DNA of 63,631 nucleotides, counting the filler, from Pirum gemmata (Eukaryota), in the NCBI GenBank assembly GCA_002812295.1. It is 16 parts of 16 records of this genome, joined end to end, with 100 filler letters (N's around TTAATTAATTAA, not from the genome) between each part and the next. Parts side by side here need not be neighbours in the genome. Positions count along the whole stretch, not along the records: positions 11,596 to 15,352 come from PDIN01001964.1; positions 15,453 to 19,234 come from PDIN01001965.1; positions 19,335 to 23,092 come from PDIN01001966.1; positions 23,193 to 26,934 come from PDIN01001967.1; 12 more parts are not named here. One strand, written 5' to 3'. The notes under the pieces were generated by a model, which was not told where the DNA came from, searched no databases, and worked only from the letters and a program-made list of their open reading frames with translations. Of the stretch, positions 13,487 to 26,380 are shown piece by piece. The first letter of the stretch is position 1. Each line of letters opens with the position of its first letter. The position numbers and the translations under genes are program-made.

Positions 13487-14737
13487 TCGTGATAGTAGTA
13501 GTTTAGTAGGAGTAGTAGTAGTAGTAGTAGTAGTAGTAAAAGTACTGTAGCGTGCTGTAGCATACAAAAGTAACTATTGATAGATAGACAAAAGAATAAA
13601 ACTGTGTCTACGTAGCTTTACTAACTTAGCTTTATCATACTATCTTTTATATATTATTATAATCATAACTACGTAGAGAGTCGTAGAGTCCATAGACAGC
13701 TTTATTATTAGAGAAGACAAAGTTCTGACCAACCCAAAGGTCCCAAACTCCAGACTTTTATCATTCACGAATCACAAGCTGGCTAGACTAGCTACTAGCA
13801 ACTAACCGGACCTACTAGCAGCTAGCCAGAGCTACTGGCCCTATATATATTTAGGCTATGATAATATGATACTAGCTAGCTAGCCAGATCCTGTCTAGCT
13901 ATCGATAGTATCGATACTAGCTAGCTATCGATAGCTACTACTAGCTAGACTACTACCTATCAACTAGTACCTATCAAGCCTATCGATAGCTAGCTACCTG
14001 AGCTAGCTAGCTACTCTAGCTAGGAGTCCTCACGTGATTTCTTTAGTATGATGGGTAATAGTATTTATAAAAACAAAAAATTCTGAGCACGAGCGCTTAA
14101 TCAGTGCTTAATCCCACAATCAAGTAAGTCTCGCTCAACAGTGCTCAACATTATTTTTATAAATAAATGTAAAACCAGCTCGGTCTTCAGATAATAAAAC
14201 ACGATAGTCTATGACTGTCTATCGGTTAGTTCAAAGAATGTTCAAAGCCTGAAGAAAGCCTGAAAGGTCGGCTAGCTAGCAAATGTCTGAAGGTAGTTAG
14301 GTCATCACAGACGTAGTCTAGCTAGTAGATTATCACAGTTTTTAGACTTCTTTTCTAAAACATTAAAATGCTAATAACTAGCCAAATTATTTTTAAAAAA
14401 TGGCCATTGGTTTATAATAGAGTTTTCTTACTTTTTTTTAAACCTAGACTATTTCTCAAAATTTGGTAGTACTTTTTATTAGGATTGGAGTATAATAAAA
14501 AACTTCAGAAGAAAAAAAAAACTGTCTCCGTGGTTATCCGAGGTCAAACGGTGGAGCAGAACGATCGTCCAGTTACAAACTGAAATAAACGTCGGAAATA
14601 AAAGTGAAATAAACGTCAAATTCGGTATTTTATACTTTTAATGTTGCATTTTATAAACAAGTTCAATTATAGGTCAATTATATTGTATTTATACACTTAA
14701 ACCGTACCAAAATTAAAGATTTATGGGTAGTAGAAAG

Positions 14738-14967
14738 CTGTGGAAATAGTGTCAAAATACTGTGTGTGAAAATAGAGTGAAAATAGTGTGAAAATACAAC
14801 ATGAAATTTTTTTTTTGATTCACAGGTGGGGAAATTATTGGAAAACCCCGACTGGTTGTTATTGGGACAACGATATTTGGACTTTTATGTTGGTCGGGGG
14901 GATTCGAACCCAATACCTCCGGATCCAGGTTGTTAACCAAATAACCACTGCGCCACTTCGCAGCCCC
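14738..14967 (-). mobile_element. tRNA-derived SINE-like element
   Basis: Pol III A box TGGCGCAGTGG (14955-14945) and B box GGTTCGAATCC (14910-14900). No acceptor-stem pairing; 3' tail of tandem (TATTTTCACAC)-like units. Confidence 0.65.
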
Positions 14968-16231
14968 TAAAATATTGAAAACATGAAAAAAAATTATTGC
15001 TAGAAATAAAAGCCACACAAAAAGATCCTAGCTAGCTAGCTAAAATCCTAGAAGCTAGACACAAAGATCAAACATATAAGAGAGAGATATATATTATAAT
15101 ACAGACCAATAAATTTGAAGTGATAGGCAAGAATCTGCAAAAAAATGTGAAACAAAAAAAAAATGAAGAAAATAAAGTGAAAATAAAATAAAAATATAAT
15201 TTAGAAAAAAAATAATCGAGTACAATACTAGTACAATATCAATAATATAATATCATAATAATCAAAAGTATTATGAATACAAGCATTTTTCTACTATTAA
15301 CATTTATTATTATCATTATCATTGTCATCAAAATTATTTATTATTATTATTANNNNNNNNNNNNNNNNNNNNNNNNNNNNNNNNNNNNNNNNNNNNTTAA
15401 TTAATTAANNNNNNNNNNNNNNNNNNNNNNNNNNNNNNNNNNNNNNNNNNNNAAAAAAAATAATTAATGTTTTGGGGTTTTTTTTGCGCAAAATGTGTCC
15501 GGCCCGGGCCGCCGCCCAGTGCTTCATATATATATAAAAAAAAACAATAACAATAACAATAACAATAACAATAACAAATACAACAAATAATTATATAGAC
15601 ACTTTTTGCGATAAAAGAAAGTGACAAAAAGTGTGAATTTTTGTCACTTTTATCGCAAAAAGTGTCTATATATATTATATCAATGCCGGTATTATTAATA
15701 TATTATATATCATATATGATTATATATAATATTATATATATTATGTCTACTTAGTATATTGCTTCTAATTAAGTATTGTGTTAGCAATTATAAGTCCAAT
15801 AGCAAAGTAACTGACAACGACAAAATTTAACGGATTAAAGGAAAAGTTGTGATGAAGTAGTAACAGAGAAACTGCTGAGAATCTTTAACTATAATTTATT
15901 ATTATTATTTATACCATGAATCAAAGTATTATATTTTCTTCTGTCGCTTTTTGATTTACGACTAACGATTTTGCAGCTTAGGGTGATTTTAGCAGGGTAA
16001 TTTTAATGTTATAGTAGTATCAGTACCAACTAACCCCCAAATTGAAAATTGCTCAATGTAAAAATTATTAAAAAATTTTAAAAAAAAATATTAATTAATT
16101 AATTAATTAAAAATGGTGATTTTGCAGCTATTTTGCTATTGACGTAAGTGATCGTCAAATCCCATCACAAGAACTGTAGCTATATATTATATAAATTAAA
16201 AGTTAGGGTTAGAATAATCAAAATAAATTTT

Positions 16232-16420
16232 ATGTTCCAGTTTTTGGTAGATTGATAAACCAGACAATAGAATTATAATAAGTGTTAATAAGTAAGTGTG
16301 TATAATATATATAGTTATAAAGTTGTAAATAAATTTCATGTTCCAGTTTTTGGTAACCAAACAATAGAATTATAATAAGTGTTAAGTAAGTGTGTATAAT
16401 ATAGTTATAAAGTTGTTGTA
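16232..16420 (+). repeat. Tandem duplication of about 100 bp
   Basis: ATGTTCCAGTTTTTGGTA...CAATAGAATTATAATAAGTGTTAA...AGTTATAAAGTTGT occurs twice. Confidence 0.8.
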
Positions 16421-17105
16421 ATAATATTATATTATTTAATTAAAAGTGTGTAACATAATATAATATTATTTATATTATGATTTTTTAATTAAAGAGTATA
16501 TTATAGTAATAAAAGTAAACGTTAGTTAAAAAATTATTATTATTATTATTATATTGTTAATTATTTGACAAGTACTAGTAATTTGAATTTAATTTTTATT
16601 TAAAATTAAGCAACAAATAATTTTAAAAAATGATTAGAATTAGGGTTAGGGAAGAAGCAGGAAAACTATATAATAGATCCGTATGCTCTGTGTACTCTCT
16701 GTGTTATTTTATCAATATTATACATAATATATTTAGATAACCTTTACTTTTTATTTGCTAAATAGAATAATCTTTTGCTATTAGGCATGATTAACTAACA
16801 TTATAAATAATTATAATGTAATGACTATGTATTAAATGATTTTCTTTAAAAAAACATTTTTTTATATTTTTTTATTATTATTATTATTTTCTTATTTTTT
16901 TTTTATTAGTGTGATAGTCAGCTTTTTCAAAAGTTATAAAACGTATAAAATACCAGAAAATTGCAAAACTAATACATAAAAAATCAGTTTCTTTTCATTT
17001 CCATTATTAATATAAATTAATTTTTCTAAAAAAAAATTAAAAATAACAAAAGTAATAATAACAAACAATAACAATAATAATACATTTATAATTTATAATA
17101 ATAAC

Positions 17106-17747
17106 ATGGTCCGTGTAGCTATTCTAGGTGCAACTGGAGGAGTTGGTAATCAATTGTGTAAATTTGCTTTGGATGCTGGCCATGATGTCACAATATTAGT
17201 TCGTTCCCCCAACAAAGTCCCTACACTGTTTGAAGGTTACGCTGAAAAATTCGCCGAAGTTATAAAAGGTGATGCCACTGACGAAAATGCTGTTGCCAAT
17301 TTATGCAAGAATAAAGATATAATTATTTCTGTTGTAGGTACTCCAGCAGGGAGCAAGCCGGAAAATTGCATAATGAAAAAAGTGGCCACTGCTTTGTTGA
17401 AAGCCACCACAGCCGAGCAAAAAATCGTGTTTTGTAGTAGTTTAGGTATGAATGGATCGTCACCCACTGTAAAATTTGTTTTGAAAATGGTGGCTGGGAG
17501 TGCTGGGGTTAACGATTGTAATGCTGCAGATTGTTTACTGACTGATAATATTGGTAAAGAAGGAATCGCCACCATTACTGTAGTTCGTCCTACTGCTTTG
17601 GATGACAGTAAAGCAAAAGGAAAGTATAAGGCATTGAAAAATGGATCTTTCGGGGTTACTCCGATTTCGAGAACAGACGTGGCTCAGTTTTTTGCGGATA
17701 GTATTACTGATCCTGAGTGGAATAATAAGGCTGTTCATTTGTATTAA
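17106..17747 (+). CDS. NAD(P)H-binding atypical SDR (flavin reductase / biliverdin reductase B-like)
   Basis: N-terminal GATGGVG Rossmann motif, TILVRSPNK, GDATD, TVVRPTAL, ISRTDVAQF. Intronless 213 aa with ATG after an A-rich leader. Confidence 0.92.
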   Translation: MVRVAILGATGGVGNQLCKFALDAGHDVTILVRSPNKVPTLFEGYAEKFAEVIKGDATDENAVANLCKNKDIIISVVGTPAGSKPENCIMKKVATALLKATTAEQKIVFCSSLGMNGSSPTVKFVLKMVAGSAGVNDCNAADCLLTDNIGKEGIATITVVRPTALDDSKAKGKYKALKNGSFGVTPISRTDVAQFFADSITDPEWNNKAVHLY

Positions 17748-18823
17748 TCTCCATCTCAAACAAAGAAGGCAACGTGCTATGATAACAATTTCACAGATAA
17801 GATGTGGAGTTAGTTTCTGCTATCAATGTGAATCGCAGATAGAAATATTGCTATAATGTGTACTGAATGATGGCATAATAAGGCAGAGTTAGGTTTACGT
17901 TGTTGAGGGTTAGGAGTTGGTTTGGAGTTGGTAGGTTCTGGTTTAGTTAGTTTTAGATCTTGTAAGATTGGGATTAGGATCCATTAATATAAATTGAAAG
18001 GTGCAACGGAAACAACGAAGCTAATTGTAATAATAATAGAAACAATAAAAATATTAATATTAATATTACACAACAAGATCAACACTTAAAAATACTGGTA
18101 TGAAGTTTTTCAATATTGTTTTCTACAAACAAACATGTATAATACTTAATTCTTGTGGAAAATTATGAAATAAATGAATAAATAATATCGGTATGAGTTT
18201 TTTTAATTAAATAATGATTGCTTACTGCAATTTAAAATTTTAATTTATTGTCTATTATTATATTTTTAAATTTATTGTTGTTGGTCATTGGGTATACTAG
18301 TAGAGCGAAATGTATTACACTATTTAGGGTCTACTTATATTAATTATATTACTATTTATTTTGTTATCAATATCACCGTAGGTCTCATGGATATCAAGTA
18401 CTGATATCATAAACCGAAAATTACCCCAGATTGACCAAGGGTTTGGTCGGTCACGGGACAGTCACAGTTCACCATTCTAGCTAGTCCATCCACTTCCATC
18501 CTCCTTTCTCCACGATCTCCCCCATTATTAGACGTCTACTTTGGAACAGTTTGGAACTGACTTTTCTCAAGAGTTATTATCTTGAAAAAGGATAATATTA
18601 TATGAGTTCAAACCCAGTGGTGACACAGGTACCTAGCTAGACTTTCTTTTTTTAAAAAACTTTCATATCTCCATTAATATTGTTATTGTTGCTACTGTGA
18701 AGATGATAATAAAGATCAATTTATACCCATGGGTTCATATATCTGATAGTATCTAATAGTACTATCTGATAGTGTCTATGACTGTCTATGATATAAATAA
18801 ATAACTCCATAATTATTAATATT

Positions 18824-18993
18824 GTGCTTTTCATTTATTTTGTCACTCTGAGTCTGAATATTTATTTTGTTGGTTATAGTCTAATATTTTTAAATTAATA
18901 ATTAGATTATAAAATATACCAAATTAAATAAAAAGGATTTACATTGTATATTTTATGATGACAAAACGACTGAAAAGCGAGTACGAAAAGCAC
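18824..18993 (+). mobile_element. MITE family A copy (a second, gap-truncated copy at 19105-19214)
   Basis: GTGCTTTTCATTTATTTTGTCACTCTGA...TGACAAAAC..TGAAAAGC. Confidence 0.8.
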
Positions 18994-19825
18994 GATATAT
19001 TTAAAGGTATCGATATTATACTCTACCAAGCTAGCTACTAGCTAGCTAGAGGACTATATCAGCTCTAAATCCAGGCTCTAAATCTAGACTATAGACTATT
19101 ATATCGTGCTTTTCAGTTTTTTTGTCATAATAAAATATACAATAAAAAACACCAAATTAATACTATATAAATCCATTTAATTTAATTTGGTATATTTTAT
19201 TATATATTTATTCATTTAAAAATGTCAACTTAAANNNNNNNNNNNNNNNNNNNNNNNNNNNNNNNNNNNNNNNNNNNNTTAATTAATTAANNNNNNNNNN
19301 NNNNNNNNNNNNNNNNNNNNNNNNNNNNNNNNNNTAATGATAATAATAATAATGATAAAATAACAATAAAATAATAATAACAATAACACTTTTTTTTATT
19401 ATGATATAATAGTAAAATAATAATAAAATAATAATTACAATACTTATTATTATTATTATTATTATTATTTTATTATTATTATTATTTAATAAAAATAACT
19501 ATTTATTCCTGTTGTACCATAGAACTAAAACTACAGATGGAATATTACTAAGTAACAACTTTAAAGTGATACTTAATAGGAAATGATTGATTAATACATT
19601 TAATTTAATTATTAAAATATTAATCAATAAATATAAGATGAGTAATATTGCTATGTTGCTATTATTATCATTATCATTATCATTATTGTCGTTATTATCA
19701 TTATTATCATTATTTTCATTATTTTCATTATTTTCATTATTTTCATTATCATCACTATTACTATTCTATATTATTATTAATTAAAGCTATACTTTTTAAT
19801 TGACGTTTCTACTATTTTCAAGTTT

Positions 19826-22800
19826 TTAATTTTCTATAATATCACCAATGTTAATTATTTCACTACCACTGTCAATTACAGCCATTTTCTTTTTCCTTTT
19901 CCTTTTCCTTTTCCTTTTACCTGTCATATTATTATTATTATTATTATTATTATTAGTATCATTATTATTATTACTATTATTACTATTACTATTACTATTA
20001 CTATTACTATTACTATGACTATTACTATTACTATTACTATTACTATTACTATTACTATTACTATTACTACTATCACTATTACTCTTAAAACTGCTAATAT
20101 TTTCCTTATCTACTTCTTTAAAATCATCAGCTGCAGTATATTCATTTCGCTGTCCTTGTTTTATCTCTTGCTTCTGCGTCTGGGATTGCTGCTGTTGTAA
20201 TTGTTGTTGCTTCAAAACCTGTCCATAATTTACATTAGCTTTTCTCAATGTTACATTGTCATTTTTAACAAAAGAATAACTGTTTTTCATGGTCGGATTT
20301 TGTTTTTCTTCCTCTAAAAGGTTATGTATTTTTTCCCGTTTTAGTTGTTCTTGTTGTAGCTCATGTTGCCTTTGTTGAGCAAGGTCACGCTTTACCTTAT
20401 TTGTCATAGCAATCCCCAGTATATCCCAGTATCCGATTGAATCATCCACCCTTTTCGCCTCCACATCACTATCAGTGGAAATCTGCCGACTTGTACCAAA
20501 AGAATGGTTTTCATTTTCATTTTCATTTTCATTTATGATTTCTTTTACTTGCGAATCTAGTTCGCTTTCCTGTTGCACATTTTTTTCTTCCTCGACCTTC
20601 TTTTTAGAAGTAATCTTTTCTTCCATTTCTTTGGTCTTCATTTCTGCAACGATTATTTCTTCTTCCTCTTCTCTGGCTTTGTTTACGACAATGATCCTTT
20701 CATTTTCCTTTTCACAAACGGTGATTTCCTCAACTGCTCTTATTTCAGCAGGAATAATTATTTCTTCTTTGACGTTGTTCGCGGACATGTTTTCTTTCCC
20801 CGCTACTTCGCTTTCAGCGGCAGTTCTTTCTTCTGCCTTGTTTTTGTTTTCAGAGGCGACCATTTCCTCTTCTGCGCTTCTTTTAGAAGCAATTCTTTCT
20901 CCTTCCTCCTCTTCGGTCTTGTTTTCAGTGAGGATTCTTTCTTCCTCCTCCTCCTCAGAGGCGATCGTTTTCTCCTCTTCTTTTAAGTTAAAGTCAGCAG
21001 CAATTATGTTTTCTTTTTTGACTTTTTTCGCGGCAGAGATTGTTTCTTTCCCTGATATTTTTCTTTCAGAAGAGATTTTTTGTTCTTCCTCTGCCTTAGC
21101 CCTATCTTCAGAGGCGGCCATTTCCTCTTCGTCTTCATCTATGACCCGCATTTCAGCGTAGATGATTTCTTTTTCCTCACTAGAGGCAACTATTTCCCCT
21201 TCGGCTTTTGAGCGTAATTCAGCAGCAATTGTTTCTTCTTCTTTGACCATATTCGCGGTTAAAAATATTTTATTTCCGGCTACATTTCTTTCAGCGGCGT
21301 TTCCTTCTTTTTTCTTTGTCATGGCTTTCTTTGCCATGACTATGTTTTCAGGAGCGGTCATTTCCCCTTCTACCGTTCTTTCAACAGCAATTATTTCTTC
21401 TTCTTTCTCTTCGGCTTTGTTTTCAGCAAAGGCGCTTAAGTTTAAGTCAGTTGAAATGATTTCTTCTTCTTTTACCTTGTTCGCGGCAGAGATGGTTTCT
21501 TTCCCGACTATTTTTCTTTCAACAGAGAGTTCATTAGCCTCGTCTTCAGAGGCGACCATTTCCTCTTCTTTATCTTTGATCTTCATTTCGGTGATGATGC
21601 TTTCTTTTTCCTCTTTAGAGGCAAATATTTCCTCTTCGGCTCTTAAGCTTAATTCAGTAGAAATGATTTCTTCTTCTTTGACTATATTCGGGATTGTTTC
21701 ATTTCCCGCTACATTTCTTTCAGCAGCGTTTCCTTCTTCCTCTGCCTTGGCATTATTTCCAGAGGCGGCCATTTCCCCTTCTGCCACCTTTCTTTCAGCA
21801 GTAATTCTTTTTTCTTTTTCTTTGATCTTGTTTTCGGTGATAATTCTTTCTTTTTTCTCAGCAGAGGTTATAATTTTCTCTTCGACTTTTATTTCAGTAG
21901 AAGTAATTTCTTTAGCTTTGTTTTCGATAGAGATCATTTCTTTTTTTGCCTTATTTTCAGCAGCAATCTGTTGTTCCCCGGTCTTCCTTTCTACAGCGAA
22001 CCTTTCTTTTCCCTTTATCACGCTTTCGCCAGTGTTTTTTTCTTTTTCGTCGTTGGCTTTGTTTTCGACAACCATATTATATTCTTTAGCAGCTATTTCT
22101 CGTTTTCTTTTTCCGTTCTCATTCTTAATTACTATTGCAGATTCACATTTCTGCGTCATTTTTGTTGTGCCAAAACGATTCATAATGATATTATCAATAA
22201 TTTCGTTTTCTTTTTCCTCATCATATTCTATACTCAACAAACTATCAAGTTGATCTTTACTCAGATCAGACGGTGTCGTTTCTTTATACATTGGGCATTT
22301 AGAAGCTGCATCTACATCATTTTCTCCGTCAAAAGCAAAACTCGAATCATTGATAACTTTATCTCCATAAGAATTCCCAAAATTACAATTGTAACTATTA
22401 CTTTTATTATTATGCGAAACACTACACGATGGCGAAGAAATAGTGGCGATTTCAGAAGTATAATGTTCTTCCACATTTTCCAGGTTATTAATATAAGTGA
22501 GAGAAGTTCTAGAAGGGGGTCTTGATTGTATGTGAGGAGGAGGGGGTGATTTTGTTGGTAAAGGAGTTGCAGCAGCAGCGGCTGTTACTCGTGCTACCAT
22601 ACTATGGTTCGGGAGGGGGGTACGAGATGCTTCCAACATTATATTTGCTATTGATGTCGAATTGTCGTTTGGTAATGTATCATTTTTGTGGTTAATGTTG
22701 TTATTAACTAAAACATCACTTATTGATGTAAGGTTGGTGTTATGCGATGATATTAGTGAAGAGGGGGACAGGGACACCACACCTTCGCGTATAGTTGAAG

Positions 22801-23012
22801 CAGATGATTGTGCGTTGAATGAAGATATATTACTATTGTTACTGTTATTAGGGTTGTGCTGATTATAATTGCTGTTTTGATTTGCTAAATTGAAACTATC
22901 ACAACTATCGTTGAGATCAATGGTTTTATTAAGAGGCATTGATCCGTTGCGTGGGCGTGTATGCTGGTGGGCTATATTACTCATTGCTGACATTCCACTT
23001 CTAATAGAGCCC
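19826..23012 (-). CDS. Large terminal exon of a low-complexity Glu/Lys-rich repeat protein
   Basis: More than 1000 open codons: Ser/Asn/Pro-rich start, about 500 aa of degenerate EE.I.(A/S)E.K repeats, (SN)n tract, basic KRKRKRKRKKK near the C-terminus. CAG acceptor at 23013-23015. Confidence 0.8.
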
Positions 23013-23352
23013 CTGATTAAAGCATGCAAAGATTAAGAATTATTATTATTATTATTATTATTAGTATTAGTATTAGTATTATATTAGTATTTNNNNNNNN
23101 NNNNNNNNNNNNNNNNNNNNNNNNNNNNNNNNNNNNTTAATTAATTAANNNNNNNNNNNNNNNNNNNNNNNNNNNNNNNNNNNNNNNNNNNNGGATCCTC
23201 ATTGGCTGGGACTCCGAACTTTAGAGACTCGGTCGGGCTCGAACTGGCCGGCTCCGATCATACATATTATCGGGTCTATATCTCGAGTATTTATATAACG
23301 AACCGAACTCGGCTCGAGGGTACTTCGAGCCGCCGGACGACATGTCTTTATC

Positions 23353-23530
23353 GTGCTTTTCAATTATTTTGTCACTCTGAATATTTATTTGGAGGGTTAT
23401 AAAATTTAAATTGAAACTTTTAAATAAATATATAGATAATAAAATATACCAAATAAAATTAAATGGACTTATATTGTATTTATTTGGTACTATTTATTGT
23501 ATATTTCATGACAAAATAACTGAAAAGCAC
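23353..23530 (+). mobile_element. MITE family A, full-length copy
   Basis: Both TIRs intact: GTGCTTTTCA...TGAAAAGCAC. Confidence 0.85.
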
Positions 23531-23683
23531 TATAATTAATTAATGACTTTAATCATGCATGAATAGACTAGTACTGAATTGTTATAAATTAACATTTGAA
23601 CATACGAATTCCAAGGCAGTTAGTTATATTTGTGTATATTAAGTTAAACTGATTTTAATTAAATACATATTGTTTGCTGGTTA

Positions 23684-23825
23684 GGGAGAGTTCAACTACT
23701 ATGTAACGCCCATTTCCAGTCAAATACAGCTTCAAATACCCCATACCTACCTACCCCTCGACATTAATTTTCGGTCAAATACCACCTACCTACCTTCCCC
23801 TTGACGTGACGTATTATTTGAAAGC
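23684..23825 (+). mobile_element. MITE family B copy
   Basis: Preceded by TTA; GGGAGAGTTCAA start and the shared internal CCTA-repeat body. Confidence 0.8.
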
Positions 23826-23850
23826 GAGAAAGAAAACTAGTAGCTAGCTA

Positions 23851-24084
23851 CTAGCGTCTATCCGTCAGAACGCTATGTCATCAATTAATGACGTTTTTTT
23901 TGTGTCATCAATTGATCCCCATTTTTTCGAAAAAAAAAAATCTAAATTTTTTTTTTATTATTATTTGTCAAATAGAAAAATGTCTAAAAAATTTCGATTC
24001 GAACCAAGTTGGATTTGAGATAAAAAGGTCATCAATTGATGACCTGGGGATCACCTTGAGGATGCTCTGACGAATAGACACTAG
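23851..24084. mobile_element. MITE-like element with 20-bp TIRs
   Basis: CTAGCGTCTATCCGTCAGAA versus reverse complement CTAGTGTCTATTCGTCAGAG; internal GTCATCAATT(G/A)AT motif x3. Confidence 0.7.
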
Positions 24085-24349
24085 TTAGGGAAAGAAAGAG
24101 TATATAAATAGTCTAAGTATCAGCTAGTAGCTAGACTAGCTAGCTAGAGATAAGAAAAGAGGCCTGGGAAAAGAGTGGGAAAAGAGTGGGAAAAGAACCT
24201 GAAGGGAAAAGCACCAAATTGCTCGAATGTGGTTTTAGTGCTGGACCAACACCTGAGAAAAACCCAGAAAAAAAACCGAATCTCGCGCTTATCTCAGTCA
24301 TATAAGTAGCAAAAAATGTGTAGTTATAATAATTATAATATTATGCCGC

Positions 24350-24505
24350 AAGACCATGATAATTGAAAGCAAGTCTTCTGTAAGTTCTCCTTCTGGTGCT
24401 TGTTTTGAAATTGCACTGTTTGACAATTGAACCACAATTTTTCCTCCTTGTTGTTCGACGAGAAACTGGATAAGTTGGTAATATATACACAAATCAAGAA
24501 CTAAT
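24350..24505 (-). pseudogene. Relic of IS607-family serine recombinase (TnpA) C-terminal region
   Basis: Translation YQLIQFLVEQQGGKIVV...APEGELTEDLLSII resembles the IS607 TnpA pattern FELI..LVEQ.GG.IVV...PE.EL..DLLSII. The N-terminal catalytic YARVS region was not found. Confidence 0.65.
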
Positions 24506-25069
24506 TTCATAAAACACAACAACAAACATTATCAGGGTAGCAACAATAGTACTGAGACACAATGACAGCAATAGCAACAATAACAACAACAACAACAACA
24601 ATAACAGCAATAACAATAATAAGAATAACAACAACAATAACAACAATAGCAACAGTCATAACAGTAAAAACAATAACTTGCTCATCGCCAACAACAACAA
24701 CAAAAAAAATTCACAGTTTTTCTAAGAAAAGAAGAAGTTCAAAAGTGGTATTCTTTAAAAGTAAGCTGTTACTAGAAATATTTTCGAAATAGCTGTGATG
24801 AAACACCCAAAAATGGATCCAGGTTTTGACATGTGAAGTTTCTCAAAGCGCAAATATGAATATTCGCTCTTAACTTGAAAACGATTTGCATCAGTTTTGC
24901 ATCAATAAAACAGCTTGTGCAATTTTTTTCGATTTAATAATAACAGATTTTATCGTTCTTTTCGTCACTCTTATTATTTATAAACGATCAAGATCGAATC
25001 GAGAATATCGAAATAATTTTTTCCTATATTAAACCCACGGCATTTTAACGCGAAATATTTTTTGCTATC

Positions 25070-25138
<69 letters not shown>

Positions 25139-25360
25139 ATTAGTCTATTTATTTATTTTTTTTATTTTTTTTTATAAATAAACACTCAGATAATAAACAT
25201 ACCAAATTGTTATTATGGTTAAACTATCGGACATGTTTTAATTAAATTGGTACTTTATACTTAATGTTTTATTTTATAAACAAGTTCAATTATACACTTA
25301 AAAATTACCAAATTAAAGATTGAGATAACAACTATAATGAAATATCCTAGATGAAAAAAG

Positions 25361-25589
25361 TAGGGGTGAGATATCTACTCGAACTTTTTTCAAACATATG
25401 CTTATCGAGCCAACCTTAGTTCCGTGTCTCTTACTAATAATAGCAGTGAAATAGCTTAAAATAGTAAATTTAATTATAGTAGATAACAATTAAAGTAATA
25501 ATATTAACATTAATAGTAATAAAAACCATAAAAATCGGAAAGTTCCGGCAGCTGTTCGGTAATAATAAAATGACGTTATCTCACCCCTA
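25361..25589 (-). mobile_element. MITE family C, full-length copy
   Basis: TIRs TAGGGGTGAGAT / ATCTCACCCCTA; near-identical to 26381-26606 and 46076-46302. Confidence 0.88.
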
Positions 25590-25719
25590 ATATGAAATAT
25601 CATATTACAGACGAAAATAATAGAGTGACCAGTCAGTAAAATGCTGAGAAAAAAACTGAGGAAGAAAGAGTGAGAAACGAGTGAAAAAATGACTGAAACA
25701 AAAAAAAAATCTCGAGGAA

Positions 25720-25786
25720 GGGTTAGGGTTAGGGTTAGGGTTAGGGTTAGGGTTAGGGTTAGGGTTAGGGTTAGGGTTAGGGTTAA
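25720..25786 (+). repeat. Interstitial (GGGTTA)11 telomere-type array
   Basis: Perfect hexamers with non-telomeric sequence on both sides. Confidence 0.93.
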
Positions 25787-25964
25787 GGATTGCCTGATGG
25801 ACAAGTTGAAGTTAGACCTGTTTAGGGGCCTCTCTACATTTTATCTAGTCACATTCTACTGGCTTAAATCTGCCAATCTCCTCTTTCTTTAGCTAGAGAG
25901 TTCTGCGGCTTCTGCCTAACTTTTTTACCTTTTTTACAGTTTTTTTTTTTTTTTTTTTTTTAAA

Positions 25965-26205
25965 CAGCCATGCCGGATAAAACTAATAAAACTACAGAAA
26001 TCATTTTTTTAGACCTATTTTCTAAAAATCTTTAATTATAACCAGCCAAATTATTTTTAAAAACTAGCCATTGGTTCATAATAGAGTTTTTTTGGTTGAA
26101 TGTTTTCTCAAAATTTGGTAGTACTTTTATTACAATTTGACTTTTTTGAGATTTTTTGGATTTTGAGCTTATATGGAGGATGTTCTTTTTTATCCGGTTT
26201 GGTAG
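25965..26205 (+). mobile_element. MITE family D, near full-length copy
   Basis: Termini CAGCCATGCCGGATAAAA ... TTTTATCCGGTTTGG; the copy ending at 51991 shows TTTTATCCGGTTTGGCTG. Confidence 0.8.
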
Positions 26206-26380
26206 ATTAAAAAAAAAAAAAAATGAAAAAAGGAAAAAGAATTTTTTTACCTCCTTCTCAAAAAAAAAAAAAGGTTTCAAACTTATTAACAATCAATTAT
26301 GTTCGAATTTTTTTAAAATCGAATCAGGCCTAACTAGCTGGCTAGAGGGGAATGCAGCGAATGCCGCTACTAGTAGTAGC

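Noticed and set aside
14890..14967. Functional tRNA gene
   Set aside because: A and B boxes are present but the acceptor stem cannot pair; better explained as a SINE head.
17790..17856. RCGVSFCYQC resembling an RBR RING2/IBR fragment
   Set aside because: Too short, with no upstream Cys pairs in frame and no splice context.
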